A stretch of 64,000 nt of DNA from Halodesulfurarchaeum sp. (lineage in GTDB: Archaea > Halobacteriota > Halobacteria > Halobacteriales > Halobacteriaceae). Within the stretch, counting starts at the first letter, position 1. The number at the start of each line of letters is the position of its first letter. The position numbers and the translations under genes were made by a program. Location: contig JAXHNL010000002.1 in NCBI GenBank assembly GCA_034520565.1, forward strand, positions 1,216,001 to 1,280,000. The letters are read 5' to 3'. This document shows positions 20,689 to 30,250 of the stretch, piece after piece. The notes under the pieces were generated by a model. It was given only the letters and a program-made list of their open reading frames with translations. It searched no databases and was not told the origin of the DNA.

Positions 20689-21171
20689 TCAATCGAGTTC
20701 GCGCTTTTCCTTCGAGAGGACTCGCACGTTCTCGATGGCGGTGTCCGGGTACTGACCCTCGTCGTTTTTCTCCGCGGCCTTCACCATGTCCCAGATGACA
20801 TCGAGACCGGTCGTCGTGCCCTGAAGGGCCTCCATCTCGCAACCGGTTTTTCCGGTCGTTTCGACGGCCACCTCGAGGACGATCTGCGACGCTTCGACGT
20901 CGAACTCGGTCTCGACGTTCGTGATCGGGATCTGGTGACACATCGGGATCGTCTCCCAGGTGTGTTTGACCGCCTGAATGGCCCCGACCCGGGCGGTGGC
21001 GAGCACGTTTCCCTTGCCCACCTCGTTCTCCCGGATCGCGTCGATCGTGGCGGGTAGGAGGTGGATTTCTCCCCGGGCCACGGCTCGCCGAGCGGTGTCC
21101 GGTTTGTCGCCCACGTCGACCATCTGAGCGTTGCCGTCCGCCGTGGTATGTGTCAGTTCGTCGTCGCTCAT
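20689..21171 (-). CDS. moaC: Cyclic pyranopterin monophosphate synthase
   Basis: MVDVGDK, IPMCHQ, TGCEMEAL and DMVKA motifs. Confidence 0.95.
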   Translation of the reverse strand: MSDDELTHTTADGNAQMVDVGDKPDTARRAVARGEIHLLPATIDAIRENEVGKGNVLATARVGAIQAVKHTWETIPMCHQIPITNVETEFDVEASQIVLEVAVETTGKTGCEMEALQGTTTGLDVIWDMVKAAEKNDEGQYPDTAIENVRVLSKEKRELD

Positions 21172-22601
21172 CGCTGTTCACCCCGGAGTGCTGCCGGCAG
21201 GGTCTCGAGGAGGTCCGTCGCGAGAAGCCCGCCGTCGCGATCTTCGGCTGCCAGATCACCCGCGGTTCCGGTGAGATAGGCTCCGAGCGACGCGGCCTGA
21301 ACTGGATCGAGTGCCGCGTACATCGCTCCCGTCACGCCGGCGAGGACGTCTCCGGTGCCACCGACGGTCATGCCCGGGTTTCCGGTCCGGTTGATTCGGG
21401 TCCTCGGTCCGTCGGTAATCACGTCGTGAGTGCCCTTGAGGAGTATCGTGACGCCCAACTCGTCGGCGAGGCCGGCGGCTGCGGCTTCCCATTCTCCCCG
21501 TGTCGTTCCCCGACCTCCTCCCAGGTCGGTGAACTCTCCGCGATGGGGCGTACAGATGACCGACGCTGCAATTTCGGTGTTTCGAACGGCGGCGATCGCG
21601 TCCGCGTCGAGGACGGCCCGGCCCGAATACGATCCTACCACTTCAGCCACGGCCCGCCGTGTGTCTGCTGTTTCGCCAAGTCCGGGACCGAGAACGAGCA
21701 CGTCCCGTTCCCGTGCGGCGTCGACTATCGTCTCGACGTGTTCCGGGCCGATTTTTTGGCCGGGAACGGGCATGACGATCAGGTCCTCGCTGTATCCCTG
21801 GATCTCGTCGGCGACGGTCTCGGGAGCAAGGACGGTCGCGAGATCCGCCCCGGCCCGAAGGGCTGCCTGGGCTGTCAGCGCCGGCGCTCCAGTGTAGGGT
21901 CCACCCCCGACCACGAGCACACGGCCGAAGTCACCTTTATGGGCGTCCGACGGGCGGTCGAGTCGCCGCAGGTCTCCCGGGCCGACGAAACGCGAGGCGG
22001 CCCCCGGAATCCCGATGCTCGCGACGGTCACGTCCTCGCGATCGGCAAGTCCCGGTTTTAGATCGTGAAACGTCACAACCCGGTCGGCCTCGACGGCTGT
22101 TCCTGGCGTATTGCCGGTGTCGACGTCCATCCCGGACGGAACGTCGACCGAGACGACGCGTGCTCCCCGGTCGTTGATCGCTTCGATGGCGGTCCGTTCC
22201 GGCTCGCGAGGGGCCCCACTCACCCCCGTCCCGAGGATGGCGTCGACGATCACGTCCGGCTTGCCGAGTTCGATTCCGGTCGAATCCCGGACGACGACCG
22301 TCTCGACTTCGGTCTGTTGGAGGGCGTCCCATTTCTCCCGGGTCACCTCGCTTCGGATCCGATCGGGATGGCCGAGCAGGTGGACGACCGGATCGAGATC
22401 CGCCAGAAAGCGGGCGGCCACCAGTGCGTCGCCCCCGTTGTTTCCGCGTCCAGCGACGATCGTCACCGCTCCATCCCCATCCAACTGCGCCCGGACTTCG
22501 CGGGCGACCGCGTTGCCCGCGGATTCCATGAGATTCGTCTCGGCAACGCCGAGGGCCACGGCGTTTCGGTCGACGACCGCCATCTCGGTGCTGTCGATCA
22601 T
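21168..22601 (-). CDS. nnr: Bifunctional NAD(P)H-hydrate epimerase/dehydratase
   Basis: LMESAG, GNNGGD, DVPSG, HKGDFG, TPHRGEF and GGTGDVLAG motifs. Confidence 0.93.
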   Translation of the reverse strand: MIDSTEMAVVDRNAVALGVAETNLMESAGNAVAREVRAQLDGDGAVTIVAGRGNNGGDALVAARFLADLDPVVHLLGHPDRIRSEVTREKWDALQQTEVETVVVRDSTGIELGKPDVIVDAILGTGVSGAPREPERTAIEAINDRGARVVSVDVPSGMDVDTGNTPGTAVEADRVVTFHDLKPGLADREDVTVASIGIPGAASRFVGPGDLRRLDRPSDAHKGDFGRVLVVGGGPYTGAPALTAQAALRAGADLATVLAPETVADEIQGYSEDLIVMPVPGQKIGPEHVETIVDAARERDVLVLGPGLGETADTRRAVAEVVGSYSGRAVLDADAIAAVRNTEIAASVICTPHRGEFTDLGGGRGTTRGEWEAAAAGLADELGVTILLKGTHDVITDGPRTRINRTGNPGMTVGGTGDVLAGVTGAMYAALDPVQAASLGAYLTGTAGDLAAEDRDGGLLATDLLETLPAALRGEQR

Positions 22602-22662
22602 GCCTTCGCGTAGGCGTGGGATCCCCTAAAGGGAGTGGTCCATCGTGCGGTGGGGATTCCCG

Positions 22663-23550
22663 CTATTCCACCGAGCCGCCAGTTCTGCGGTGCGTGAACA
22701 CGTAGGTCTGGGCGTATCCCGGTCGCGGGCCGAGTCGATCCCGGATCGCCCGCGAGGTCTCGGCGTAGGTACCCCGCGACGTCCCGGGAAAGTACTCCTC
22801 GATTGCCGTTCGGATCCAGGTATCGAGCGGAACCGGTTCGTCAAAGCCCATCCCGAAAAGGAGGACACAGTCAGCGACTTTCGGTCCGACCCCGACGAAC
22901 TCGGTCAACGCCTCCCGGGCGTCTTCGTATGGGCTGTTCGCCACCGAATCGAGCGGGACGACCCCGTCCCGGAGTAGCTCGGCGGTGGCTTTCACGTAGG
23001 GCGCGCGGTAGCCAAGCCCGAGATCACGCAATTCGGTCTCGGTCGCCCGGGCCAATTTTTCGGGGCTCGGAAAGTCATACACGACCGTGTCGCGCCACTC
23101 GATCGGTTCGCCGTAGGTCTCCCGCAGTGCGCCAACCATCTCGTGGATCCTGCCGATTCGCATCTGCGCGGAGAGGATGAAGGAGAACAGTGTCGGCACG
23201 ACGGGCTCGGTAACCAGTCGGAGCCCTTCGAACCGGTTTGTGGCCGCCTGCACGACGGGTTCGTCGGGAAACTCGGATCGAATCCGCGGCAATTCCGCAT
23301 CGAGGCCGAGCCGAGCCCTGAGTGCTGGTGTCGGGTCGGTATTCGACCGCCAATCGAGGCCTCCATTCTGCTCTCTGACTTCGATTACCTCACCGTCGCC
23401 GACTGTCCGGAACCACTCCCCCTTCGATCCCGATTCCAGCCCGTGGGCCCCATTCACCGGTTGCCACAGGAACGTCTGTCCGCTTTCGAGCGTCGTCCGG
23501 AGGTCGATTGCCCCCGGGATCGATTTTGCGGGGACGTGACCGGTTTCCAT
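22663..23550 (-). CDS. ogg: HhH-GPD DNA glycosylase (8-oxoguanine/AlkA family)
   Basis: TLESGQTF, LGLGYRA, GVGPKVADCVLLF and PLDTW motifs. Confidence 0.85.
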   Translation of the reverse strand: METGHVPAKSIPGAIDLRTTLESGQTFLWQPVNGAHGLESGSKGEWFRTVGDGEVIEVREQNGGLDWRSNTDPTPALRARLGLDAELPRIRSEFPDEPVVQAATNRFEGLRLVTEPVVPTLFSFILSAQMRIGRIHEMVGALRETYGEPIEWRDTVVYDFPSPEKLARATETELRDLGLGYRAPYVKATAELLRDGVVPLDSVANSPYEDAREALTEFVGVGPKVADCVLLFGMGFDEPVPLDTWIRTAIEEYFPGTSRGTYAETSRAIRDRLGPRPGYAQTYVFTHRRTGGSVE

Positions 23551-23635
23551 CGACTGGTGTTCGTGTTTGCCGGGGAAAACCTGTCGGATCGGGGCCAATC
23601 TATTTTTATGTCGGGCGTGAACGAGCACCATACCC

Positions 23636-24151
23636 ATGGATTGTCGAGTTGTCGTCGAAGCGGCGGTTCCGGTATACGACGTGGAAACAGCGGACGAGGC
23701 CATTCGGATCGGGATTTCCAAGACGGGCGAGATGCTGAATCCCGACCTCAACTACGTGGAGATCGACATGGGCACCCGCGAGTGTCCCCACTGTGGCGAG
23801 GAACTCGAGCCAGCCTTCGTCGCAGCCGACGAAAGCCTTGTCGCCCTCGAACTGGAGATGACGGTGTTCAACGTCGAACGGGAGGAGCACGCCTCCCGGA
23901 TCGCGCGGAAGGAGATCGGGCAGCGGCTGGAAAACATTCCCCTCGAGGTTCTCGAAGTGACAGTCCTCGAGGATGACGATGAATCTCCGTCGGAGGAAGA
24001 AGATGCCGGAAGTACCGAGGTTGCCGCCGAGTCGGACGATGACGCCGAACCAGTGGCGGACTCGGACGGCCAAGCGGAGACCCAACCCGCCGAATCGGAC
24101 GACGAGTCCGATGACGTGCTGCCGGAGTTCGAGGACCTGATCGAGGACTGA
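23636..24151 (+). CDS. DUF555 (UPF0212) protein
   Basis: EAAVPV...DEAIRI, CPHCG and EHASRIA motifs; acidic tail. Confidence 0.85.
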   Translation: MDCRVVVEAAVPVYDVETADEAIRIGISKTGEMLNPDLNYVEIDMGTRECPHCGEELEPAFVAADESLVALELEMTVFNVEREEHASRIARKEIGQRLENIPLEVLEVTVLEDDDESPSEEEDAGSTEVAAESDDDAEPVADSDGQAETQPAESDDESDDVLPEFEDLIED

Positions 24152-24316
24152 CTGGCCACCGTTCGCGGTCCGTACCGTTCGGTCGAATCCGATAGTGATT
24201 GCTCTCCGTTTCTGGTGTCAGTGACCGTCGTTTCACGAGGTCGGGGGGTCTCCCATGCAGCGCACAGCCTGCGCTACTCGAGATCGACGGACGTACCGCT
24301 CGTCTTCGTCAGGAAT

Positions 24317-24556
24317 TCAGTCGGCCTGGGCCGTGACGGGCTCCGAGCTCTCCGCGGCGTCCATCGTGCCCGTGATTCCCTTCGCCAGCGCAAAAACAGC
24401 GGCCTTGTGGTCAGTTTTCGATTTGTGGATCGATGTCGGTCGTACACCCGTGGATTCGTACTCGTCGAGCTGGAGTTCTCTCGTGGAAACGCGCTCGTAG
24501 AAGTTCCCGACCTCGGCGAGGAGTCCATGCAGGTGAATGAGCTCCTGTTTTTTCAT
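24317..24556 (-). CDS. UPF0058 family protein
   Basis: MKKQELIHLHGLL...RPTSIHKSKTDHKAAV. Confidence 0.88.
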   Translation of the reverse strand: MKKQELIHLHGLLAEVGNFYERVSTRELQLDEYESTGVRPTSIHKSKTDHKAAVFALAKGITGTMDAAESSEPVTAQAD

Positions 24557-24684
24557 GTGCAACCACTTGTAGCGACTACACCGTTATAGTATTACTCTGA
24601 GGAGAGTTACCAAGGGTTGTACCGCCCAAATTCGGGTCCGACGCTTGCTGAAAGGCTTTTAGGGTGGCACCGTCTGGTACCGAT

Positions 24685-25083
24685 ATGGACTACGAGGAGC
24701 AACTCGAACGCGCCCTCGAGGAGAAACCGGACATCAGCGAGAAGGAGAGCCGCTTCGAGGTTCCGGATCCGACGCTTCGGACCGAGGGAAACGTGACCGT
24801 TTTCGAGAACTTCCAGGAGATCCTGGACTCCGTGGGCCGGGACGAAAATCACGTGCTCAAGTTCCTGCAGGACGAGTTCGGGACCAGCGCACACATCGAC
24901 GACCGGGATCGGGCCAGACTGACAGGGCAGTTCAACGAATCACGCGTCGCGGGCGTGATCGACGAGTACGTCGAGGCCTACGTTCTCTGTCCGGAATGTG
25001 GCCTCCCGGACACCCATCTCACACGGGAACAGGGCGCGGAACTGCTCGAATGTGACGCCTGTGGGGCTCGTTCGTCGGTCTGA
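24685..25083 (+). CDS. tif2b: Translation initiation factor aIF-2 beta subunit
   Basis: RFEVP and NF motifs; CPECGLPDT...CDACGA zinc ribbon. Confidence 0.92.
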   Translation: MDYEEQLERALEEKPDISEKESRFEVPDPTLRTEGNVTVFENFQEILDSVGRDENHVLKFLQDEFGTSAHIDDRDRARLTGQFNESRVAGVIDEYVEAYVLCPECGLPDTHLTREQGAELLECDACGARSSV

Positions 25084-25116
25084 GAAAATCGAAGAAAGAC
25101 GGGATACGCCAGCGGA

Positions 25117-25299
25117 TCAGGAGAGTTGCTTGAGGTTTTCGAGGTCACGATCCGTCCGCATGAACTCGCTTGTCCGACGGGTCGCATGGCAGTTCGGACA
25201 ACTGAAATTCTGCTCTGCGTCTGGAAGTTCGCTCGGCGTGGCCTCCCAGGCCTTCCGGCACTCCGAACAGACCAACTGGACGTAAGCCTCGTGTGGCAT
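25117..25299 (-). CDS. Small zinc-finger protein (CxxC...CPxC)
   Basis: 60 aa with CSEC and CPNC. Confidence 0.75.
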   Translation of the reverse strand: MPHEAYVQLVCSECRKAWEATPSELPDAEQNFSCPNCHATRRTSEFMRTDRDLENLKQLS

Positions 25300-25340
25300 G
25301 CATTCGCACAGTGGTGTGCCGAGGGGAAAAACTTGCTGGG

Positions 25341-25607
25341 CTAGATGCGACCGACTTCCTCGACGGCGACGGACTCGACGCCTTCCACGGATCGAAACGC
25401 CTCCTCGACGGCTTCGGTGCCGCCGGCGTCGTCCGGAACGATCACGGTCGGATAGAGGGCGACGAGTCCGAACGCGACCTCCTCGCGGTCGACGTCGTTG
25501 ATCTTGGCACCTTCCGGCAGTGAGTCGCTCAGTCGGTCCTCGAGTGTGTCGAGATCGAGGTCCGGGCTCTGGGGCATCACCTTGATGACGGCGGCGACTT
25601 TCCCCAT
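25341..25607 (-). CDS. tef1b: Elongation factor 1-beta
   Basis: [12 protein letters not shown] and VAFGLVAL. Confidence 0.95.
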   Translation of the reverse strand: MGKVAAVIKVMPQSPDLDLDTLEDRLSDSLPEGAKINDVDREEVAFGLVALYPTVIVPDDAGGTEAVEEAFRSVEGVESVAVEEVGRI

Positions 25608-25608
25608 G

Positions 25609-25782
25609 CTATGGCCCCCGGAACCCGCACTCGGGACACTCGTAGAGCGTACTCTGCTTTCGACAGGTTGCACACCGGTAGATCTGGTGCCCACACTCCG
25701 GACACGTGAAGGCCGCCGCGTTTGTCCCCGAGATGTTGATCCCACAGGAGACACAGCGACGGGCCCGGTCGGTCTGACTCAT
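25609..25782 (-). CDS. HVO_2753-like zinc-finger microprotein (57 aa, not in ORF track)
   Basis: [14 protein letters not shown]...CPECG...RCATCR...CPECGFRGP; sits upstream of EF1-beta. Confidence 0.88.
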   Translation of the reverse strand: MSQTDRARRCVSCGINISGTNAAAFTCPECGHQIYRCATCRKQSTLYECPECGFRGP

Positions 25783-25880
25783 ATGCTACGTACTCCTACC
25801 TGGCCCGTTCCGTTTAACGGTTGTCTTTCGGCCCGAAAGCGACCGTCCCACTTAACCCGGCCGGCGCGGAAACCCCAACC

Positions 25881-26717
25881 ATGACCGACCGGGGCTGGTT
25901 TCACGATCTCGACGAGCCCGACGTCGAGCGAGGCGCGGCTGCCATTCGGGCGGGCCAGGCCGAAACGCCCGGTCCGTGGCCGGAACTGGCCGTCGAGGCC
26001 GGGTTCGTTGACAGTCGGGAGGAGTATTACGAGGCGCTTCGCGAAGCAACCGTCGAAGCTGCAACCGCCGCCACAGCCGAAAAGGAGCAGGCAACGGGCA
26101 ACCAACTGGTTCACGCCGTCCGCGCGATGGACCACCTCACGGAGACCGAAAACGAACTCGCCGAACGGGCCGCGGAGTGGGCGGGGAGCCAGTACGGCGA
26201 ATCGAGGGAGGGACTCGAGTACGTGCTCGAAGTCAGCGATCGAATGCCGAAAACACCCGTCGAGGCCGAAATCGTCGACTTCGCGGAAACGGTTCGGGAC
26301 GTGCACCGGCGGCGAGAGCACCTCCGCTCGTTCGTCGCCGAACAGACGCCGCTTTTGGCGCCGAACCTCTCGATGCTCGCCGGGCCGGAGCTTGCAGCTC
26401 GCCTTATCGCTCTCGCCGGCGGACTCGAAACGCTCGCGAAGAAACCGAGCGGAACCGTCCAGGTACTTGGGGCCGAAGACGCGCTTTTCGCTCACCTCGA
26501 GGGCCACGCGCCGTCGCCGAAACACGGGATCATCTTCACTCACGAGTACGTGCGCGGAACCCGCCCGGAAAAACGGGGCTCGGCAGCGCGGGCCCTCGCC
26601 GGGAAGTTGTCCATCGCGGCCCGGATCGATCACTACCGCGGCGAACGACATCCGCCTCTCCAGACCGAGCTCGACGACCGGATCGAGCGAATCCGATCCG
26701 GGGGTGAGGGTCAATGA
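25881..26717 (+). CDS. nop5: C/D-box sRNP protein Nop5 (short haloarchaeal type)
   Basis: APNL...G, TVQVLGAE, PKHGII and IAARIDHY motifs. Confidence 0.92.
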   Translation: MTDRGWFHDLDEPDVERGAAAIRAGQAETPGPWPELAVEAGFVDSREEYYEALREATVEAATAATAEKEQATGNQLVHAVRAMDHLTETENELAERAAEWAGSQYGESREGLEYVLEVSDRMPKTPVEAEIVDFAETVRDVHRRREHLRSFVAEQTPLLAPNLSMLAGPELAARLIALAGGLETLAKKPSGTVQVLGAEDALFAHLEGHAPSPKHGIIFTHEYVRGTRPEKRGSAARALAGKLSIAARIDHYRGERHPPLQTELDDRIERIRSGGEGQ

Positions 26718-27343
26718 CGCTTCCCGACAGGGTCGAACGTCGACGGATCGGCGACGGCGACGTGCTCGCCACCCGTGGTGAGCCGGTGTACGGCGAACCG
26801 ACGAAAGACGATTGGCGCCGATGGGATCCCAATCGGTCGAAACTCGGTGCCATGTTGGAACTGAAAATCGAGACGGGACTCGAACACGGAGACGGAGTAC
26901 TTTACCTGGGGGCGGCGACTGGAACGACTGTCAGTCACGTCGCAGATTTCGCCGGGCCGATCTACGCAGTCGAATTCGCCCCCCGGCCGATGCGGGACCT
27001 CGTGTCTGTCGCGGAAACCCGCTCGAACCTCTTCCCACTTCTCGCAGACGCCCGCAAGCCGACCACCTATGGGCACGTGGTGGAAGCCGACCTCGACGTC
27101 CTGATTCAGGACGTTGCAACGACGGAACAGGCCCGGGTCGCGAACCGGAACGCGCGGTTTCTGGCCCGGGATGGCACACTCCTACTCGCCATCAAGGCCC
27201 GAAGCGAAGACGTGACGCGGGATCCCGCGGCCGTGTTCGAGGAATCCCTTTCAACGCTCGAATCGAGGTACGAAGTTCTCGAGACCAGGGAACTCGATCC
27301 CTATCACGCGGATCATCTCGCCGTCGTGGCGACCCCCCGGTAA
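26714..27343 (+). CDS. flpA: Fibrillarin-like 2'-O-methyltransferase
   Basis: WDPNRSKL, VLYLGAATGTTVSHV and IQDVA motifs. Confidence 0.95.
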   Translation: MTLPDRVERRRIGDGDVLATRGEPVYGEPTKDDWRRWDPNRSKLGAMLELKIETGLEHGDGVLYLGAATGTTVSHVADFAGPIYAVEFAPRPMRDLVSVAETRSNLFPLLADARKPTTYGHVVEADLDVLIQDVATTEQARVANRNARFLARDGTLLLAIKARSEDVTRDPAAVFEESLSTLESRYEVLETRELDPYHADHLAVVATPR

Positions 27344-27409
27344 GAAGAACGGGCAAGGAAGAGCCGACTTCAGGAAGTATTTACGTCGACCGCCCCTCGG
27401 ATTCGACCG

Positions 27410-28492
27410 ATGTCGAACGGGTCTCGAACTGTCTTCGACGAGTTGGGAACGGTGGGGGTCGAAGAGGAATATTTCGTCGTCGACGAGGTCGGAGTCCCGA
27501 CGGCTGGGTCCGACCAACTCGTGTACGAGAACGAGGCCCCGGAACCGATCACGGGCGACGTGGACCACGAACTGTTCAAATTCGTCCTCGAGACCCGGAC
27601 CAGAAAACTCGATGGCCCTGACCAAGCGCCCGATGCGGTCCGAGAGATCCGGAATACACTCAAGGAGTACGCCGCCGAACACGGGTTTCGGATCGCCGCC
27701 GCGGGGATCCACCCTGCAGCCGACTGGCGGCTCCACGAACACGCCGAAAAACCCCGTTATCGATCGCAACTCGACAGGATCCAGTATCCACAACACCGGA
27801 ACACGACGGCGGGATTACACGTTCACGTGGGTATCGACGACGCGGAGAAGGCCGTCTGGATCGCCGACGAGATCCGCCGCTATCTCCCCCTGATGCTGGC
27901 GCTCTCGGCGAACTCACCGTTCTGGAACGGCTTCGACACCGGGCTTTGCTCTTCCCGCGCGAAGATCTTCGAGAACCTGCCGAACACCGGCATGCCGACA
28001 GCCTTCGAGCACTTCGAGGCCTACGAACGGTTCGAAACGCGGATGCTCGAGACGGATTCGATCAAGGACTCCGGCGAACTCTGGTACGACGTCCGGCCCC
28101 ACACCGACCTCGGGACCGTCGAGGTCAGAATTTTCGACGCTCAGGACCGTGTCGGACACGTCGACGCGTTCGTGGAATACACCCACGCGCTCGTGATGGA
28201 CCTCGTAGCCCGGTACGAGGACGGCGAATCCGGACTCGATATGCGCCGGGAACTCCTCGATGAGAACAAGTGGCGTGCGATGCGTCATGGTCACGAGGCC
28301 GAGTTGATTCAGCCCGATGGAACGCCGCTTTCCATCGGGGCGATCGTCGACCGGGAGGTTGATCGCCTCGGGGTTTCCGGAATCAGAGAGATCTTCGAAG
28401 CCGAAAGCGGAGCGACACGACAGCGCCGCATTCTCGAGGAATCAGGCGCCCGTGCGCTCAACGAGGCGCTCATTATCGAACCGCGTCTGTAG
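27410..28492 (+). CDS. gshA: Glutamate--cysteine ligase (GCS2/YbdK family)
   Basis: GVEEEY, GLHVHVG, SANSPFW, WYDVRP and TVEVR motifs. Confidence 0.88.
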   Translation: MSNGSRTVFDELGTVGVEEEYFVVDEVGVPTAGSDQLVYENEAPEPITGDVDHELFKFVLETRTRKLDGPDQAPDAVREIRNTLKEYAAEHGFRIAAAGIHPAADWRLHEHAEKPRYRSQLDRIQYPQHRNTTAGLHVHVGIDDAEKAVWIADEIRRYLPLMLALSANSPFWNGFDTGLCSSRAKIFENLPNTGMPTAFEHFEAYERFETRMLETDSIKDSGELWYDVRPHTDLGTVEVRIFDAQDRVGHVDAFVEYTHALVMDLVARYEDGESGLDMRRELLDENKWRAMRHGHEAELIQPDGTPLSIGAIVDREVDRLGVSGIREIFEAESGATRQRRILEESGARALNEALIIEPRL

Positions 28493-28561
28493 GGGGAAAT
28501 CGGGTGGGTGTCTGGCCGAGGGTTTAAACCCGCCCGCCACTTTTGTCCTATTAGAGACAAC

Positions 28562-29179
28562 ATGACCGAGGACGAGCCACGGGACGGTCGGTCGGAACTG
28601 GGCGACGAGCATGCGGACACGGAACGGGAAACCCGCAGTGGTGAACCCGATGAAACGGCAGGTGACGAGACGGAACCGCCGGCCGAGTCCCGGGGGAGTG
28701 AGGACACCGAGGCGGAGACGCCCGAGGAGGAGACGGGCGCCCGCGATCGAATCGAAGCCGGTGCCGACCGGGCCGTGAACGAACTCGACACTCGTGTCAT
28801 CGACATCCTCTCCTGGTTGCTCGATACCGAGACCCGGGGCCGAATTTACGTCTATCTTCGCCAGGATCCATGGAGTACCAGCGAGGAGGTCGCCGAAGGT
28901 ACCGGTCTTTATCCGAGCACGGTTCGCGAGGCGCTCGCAGAGTTGGCCGATGAAGAGATCGTCGAGCGTCGAAAACGCGAGAGCGAGGGGGCCGGGAACA
29001 ACCCGTTCGAGTACAAGTCCATCGCCCCGAGTGACCTGGTCGGAAGCGTCGTCGGGCGCGTCCAGGAGGAGCTCAACACAGTCTTCACCATGGACCTTCG
29101 GGGGGCAGCAGAGGAAGAGGAGACACCGGAGCCCGTCCAGATCGAAGTCCGTGAGGACACGGAGGAGTCGGCGGAGTAA
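28562..29179 (+). CDS. HTH transcriptional regulator (TrmB-like)
   Basis: TSEEVAEGTGLYPSTVREALAEL helix-turn-helix. Confidence 0.8.
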   Translation: MTEDEPRDGRSELGDEHADTERETRSGEPDETAGDETEPPAESRGSEDTEAETPEEETGARDRIEAGADRAVNELDTRVIDILSWLLDTETRGRIYVYLRQDPWSTSEEVAEGTGLYPSTVREALAELADEEIVERRKRESEGAGNNPFEYKSIAPSDLVGSVVGRVQEELNTVFTMDLRGAAEEEETPEPVQIEVREDTEESAE

Positions 29180-29237
29180 CGCTGGGTGGGAAGTGCCAAA
29201 CCCAACCTCTAAACGCACGGGAACCATCCCGCGGGAT

Positions 29238-29738
29238 ATGGACGTGGCGCTCGGGGGGACGTTCGACCCCATTCACGACGGACACCGCAAACTTTTTCGT
29301 CGTGGGTTCGAACTCGGCGATCTTACTGTTGGATTGACCAGCGACGAACTGGCCCCCAAGACCCGTCACGAGCCGCGGTACGTCCGACCGTTCGAGGAGC
29401 GCAAGGCCGACCTGGAGGCCGAATTGGCTGCCCTTGCCCCGGAATATGATCGCGAGTTCGAGGTCCGACGCCTCGAGAAGCCGACCGGTATCGCGGTCGA
29501 ACCCCAGTACGAGGCCCTCGTGGTGACGCCGGAAACCAGGGAGGGCGGGCACCGGATCAACGAGATTCGCCAGGACCGGGATCTCGAACCGCTGCAGATC
29601 GTCGTGGTCGAGCGGCTTCTGGCCGAGGACGGGGACATCATCTCAAGCACCCGGATCGTCCGCGGCGAGATCGACGAACACGGTACGCTCACACCGGATC
29701 GGACGGGCCGGGAAAACGACGCCTCTGCGGTCAGGTAA
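29238..29738 (+). CDS. coaD: Phosphopantetheine adenylyltransferase
   Basis: GGTFDPIHDGH and ISSTRI motifs. Confidence 0.9.
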   Translation: MDVALGGTFDPIHDGHRKLFRRGFELGDLTVGLTSDELAPKTRHEPRYVRPFEERKADLEAELAALAPEYDREFEVRRLEKPTGIAVEPQYEALVVTPETREGGHRINEIRQDRDLEPLQIVVVERLLAEDGDIISSTRIVRGEIDEHGTLTPDRTGRENDASAVR

Positions 29739-29771
29739 GTCGGCGGGTTTCGGATTCGGCCGCTTTCAGGA

Positions 29772-30080
29772 CTACCAGGACGGCGTTTCGAATCCGGCTT
29801 TTTCGAGCAGCGGCCGCCAGCGGGACTGGATGGTGAGTCGGGAGACGTCGGCCGCATCGGCGACTGCCGTTTGGGATCGTTGGTCGCCGGCGATCAGTGC
29901 GCCGGCGTAGATGCTCGTCGCGAGGAGCGCGTCTTTCGACCGTTCCTCGACGGGGAGTTGGGAGAGAAACAGTTCCCGGGCGGCCGAACGAGCAGTGGTG
30001 TCCAAGTCGAGTCGTTCCGAGACCCGGTCGAGAGCGGCGAGGGTCGATTGTTCGGCCCGCTCGGTCCCGGCACGATACAT
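29772..30080 (-). CDS. Single cyclin-fold TFB-like protein
   Basis: LLATSIY and SQTAVADAADVSRLTI resemble a TFIIB repeat. Confidence 0.7.
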   Translation of the reverse strand: MYRAGTERAEQSTLAALDRVSERLDLDTTARSAARELFLSQLPVEERSKDALLATSIYAGALIAGDQRSQTAVADAADVSRLTIQSRWRPLLEKAGFETPSW

Positions 30081-30167
30081 GGGCCAGAAAAGTATCGGAA
30101 TGGGGTTAATGCTTTCCCGGTGGTTTCTCGTGAGCCTTATTGGGGTGCCCGGGGTAGTAGTCGATGC

Positions 30168-30250
30168 GCGCGGGTAGCCAAGTGGTCAACGGCGCAGCGC
30201 TTAGGACGCTGTGGGGTAGCCCTCCGCAGGTTCGAATCCTGTCCCGCGCA
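30168..30250 (+). tRNA. tRNA-Leu (anticodon TAG)
   Basis: GCGCGGG/CCCGCGC acceptor stem, CAGCG-CTTAGGA-CGCTG anticodon arm, long variable arm, GGTTCGAATCC. Confidence 0.95.

Noticed and set aside
25881-26717. Truncated Nop5
   Set aside because: Short Nop5 proteins are usual in haloarchaea; the Nop domain is intact and coupled to fibrillarin.
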